Below are positions 62,960 to 64,000 of a DNA stretch of 64,000 nucleotides, piece after piece. Each line of letters begins with the position of its first letter. Positions within the stretch are counted from its first letter, which is position 1. This DNA is from Mayamaea pseudoterrestris (Eukaryota): positions 496,001-560,000 of the forward strand of contig BROI01000018.1 of assembly GCA_027923505.1 (NCBI GenBank), read 5' to 3'. A program made the translations under genes and the position numbers. The notes below the pieces were generated by a model that was given only the letters and a program-made list of their open reading frames with translations, was not told where the DNA came from and did no database searches.

Positions 62960-64000
62960 GGCGACATCAGTAAAAGGCGCTGCGCGTTACATAATGCGAT
63001 CGACCTTGCTAAAATAATGCGTTCCATGGAGGTCGGCGCGAACCCGTTCATTACCGGTGCGAGCTTTGTTGCGTTGACCTACCGAAGGTTTTGCGCCACT
63101 GCTGGTTTGGCAAGTCCAAGTCCTAGTAAATGAGTTTCCAGTAGAGAAAAAAGTTACTCTCAGTTCCCTAGTACATCCTGGATCGTTGCAATGCACAACG
63201 TCTATTCTTGGAGCACTAACTGCGTAGCCAAAGGGTGTTACACTAATTCGAGCAAGTCCAAGTTATGGGTCGACTGCGGCTGGAGGCTATATCAATGATC
63301 TCTCGTGCATCTTGTTTATTTCCGGACACCTACCATGTGCCAGCTGTCAGCACACCAGTTGTTAGCCAAAGGGAGGGCCCTATAAACCAGTCAATGCGGA
63401 TGACACAAGTCCAGTTTCAGACTATGGCCAGAGAGTTTATAGAGGACTTTCACCTTATCTGGGATGCCAGAGTTGATGTTCGTGCACTGACTGGTAGCCA
63501 ATGGGTTATCCAATAGACATGGGCAATGGGTTGGCATGAAAGTTGGAGTGCGCTGCTATGCAACGGAAGATTGGTCTCGCTACGACATCGAATGATTCGC
63601 CATCAAACATCCAGCACACTTTTACACCATGGCGGCGTCGGCTCGGCGAAAGCGACCTTCCAAAGCGGCCCAACATGTTTCTTCCACAAAGGCACAATGT
63701 CAAGCTTTATCATTGCTTATCATGGCATTCTTTTACATATTCCTTCAGCTGCAAGCACAGTACTTGTTGGATGGCTACGTCGTCGGAGCAGGTGGACTTG
63801 CACCTCAAGGCAATGGACAAGAAAGCAGCTACATGAATCTTTTTCGAATCCCTCATATGAGCAAGCTAATGAGCAGCATGAAGATCAACCTTCCTGCAAA
63901 GCCATATCGATTCATGGGCGACTTGGCATTGGAAAGTGAGCAAAAGATGCGCGAGCAAGAAGCGGCCAAACTCAACCAATTGGCGAATCCTCGTCGCTTT

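Overview
This is gene-dense eukaryotic nuclear DNA with few, short GT-AG introns and tightly packed genes. A bipartite plastid-type presequence, a hybrid His-kinase and the gene families present suggest a diatom or related stramenopile (inference). About 28 protein-coding genes can be supported, including an HDAC (partial), an Rtc3/SBDS-like protein, a GAF hybrid His-kinase, a C3H1-finger/LRR protein, a PPR-like protein, a degenerate G6PD-like protein, Med21, Med11, an HPAT/SERGT-like glycosyltransferase, TVP23, an S10 carboxypeptidase, a Mic19-like protein, YIPF, a CDKC/CDK9/12-type kinase, TypA, THOC2, ARMT1/DUF89, IRE1, a PqiA-like protein and an RDD protein. The most striking unexplained structure is a family of four dispersed intergenic arrays of one 42-bp unit (consensus AGGCAATAGTAYGAAACRAGTGCCAGTGTCAATTACGTCATN, about 28 full copies). 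Each unit holds an imperfect hairpin and a TGACGT(AA) bZIP-type core on the reverse strand. Three arrays sit about 90-165 bp upstream of a start codon with the same polarity, and two form an inverted pair that shares a variant order around a 2.5-kb ORF-poor segment. No rRNA, tRNA, CRISPR array or transposase was recognised. All calls come from reading motifs by eye; no searches were run.
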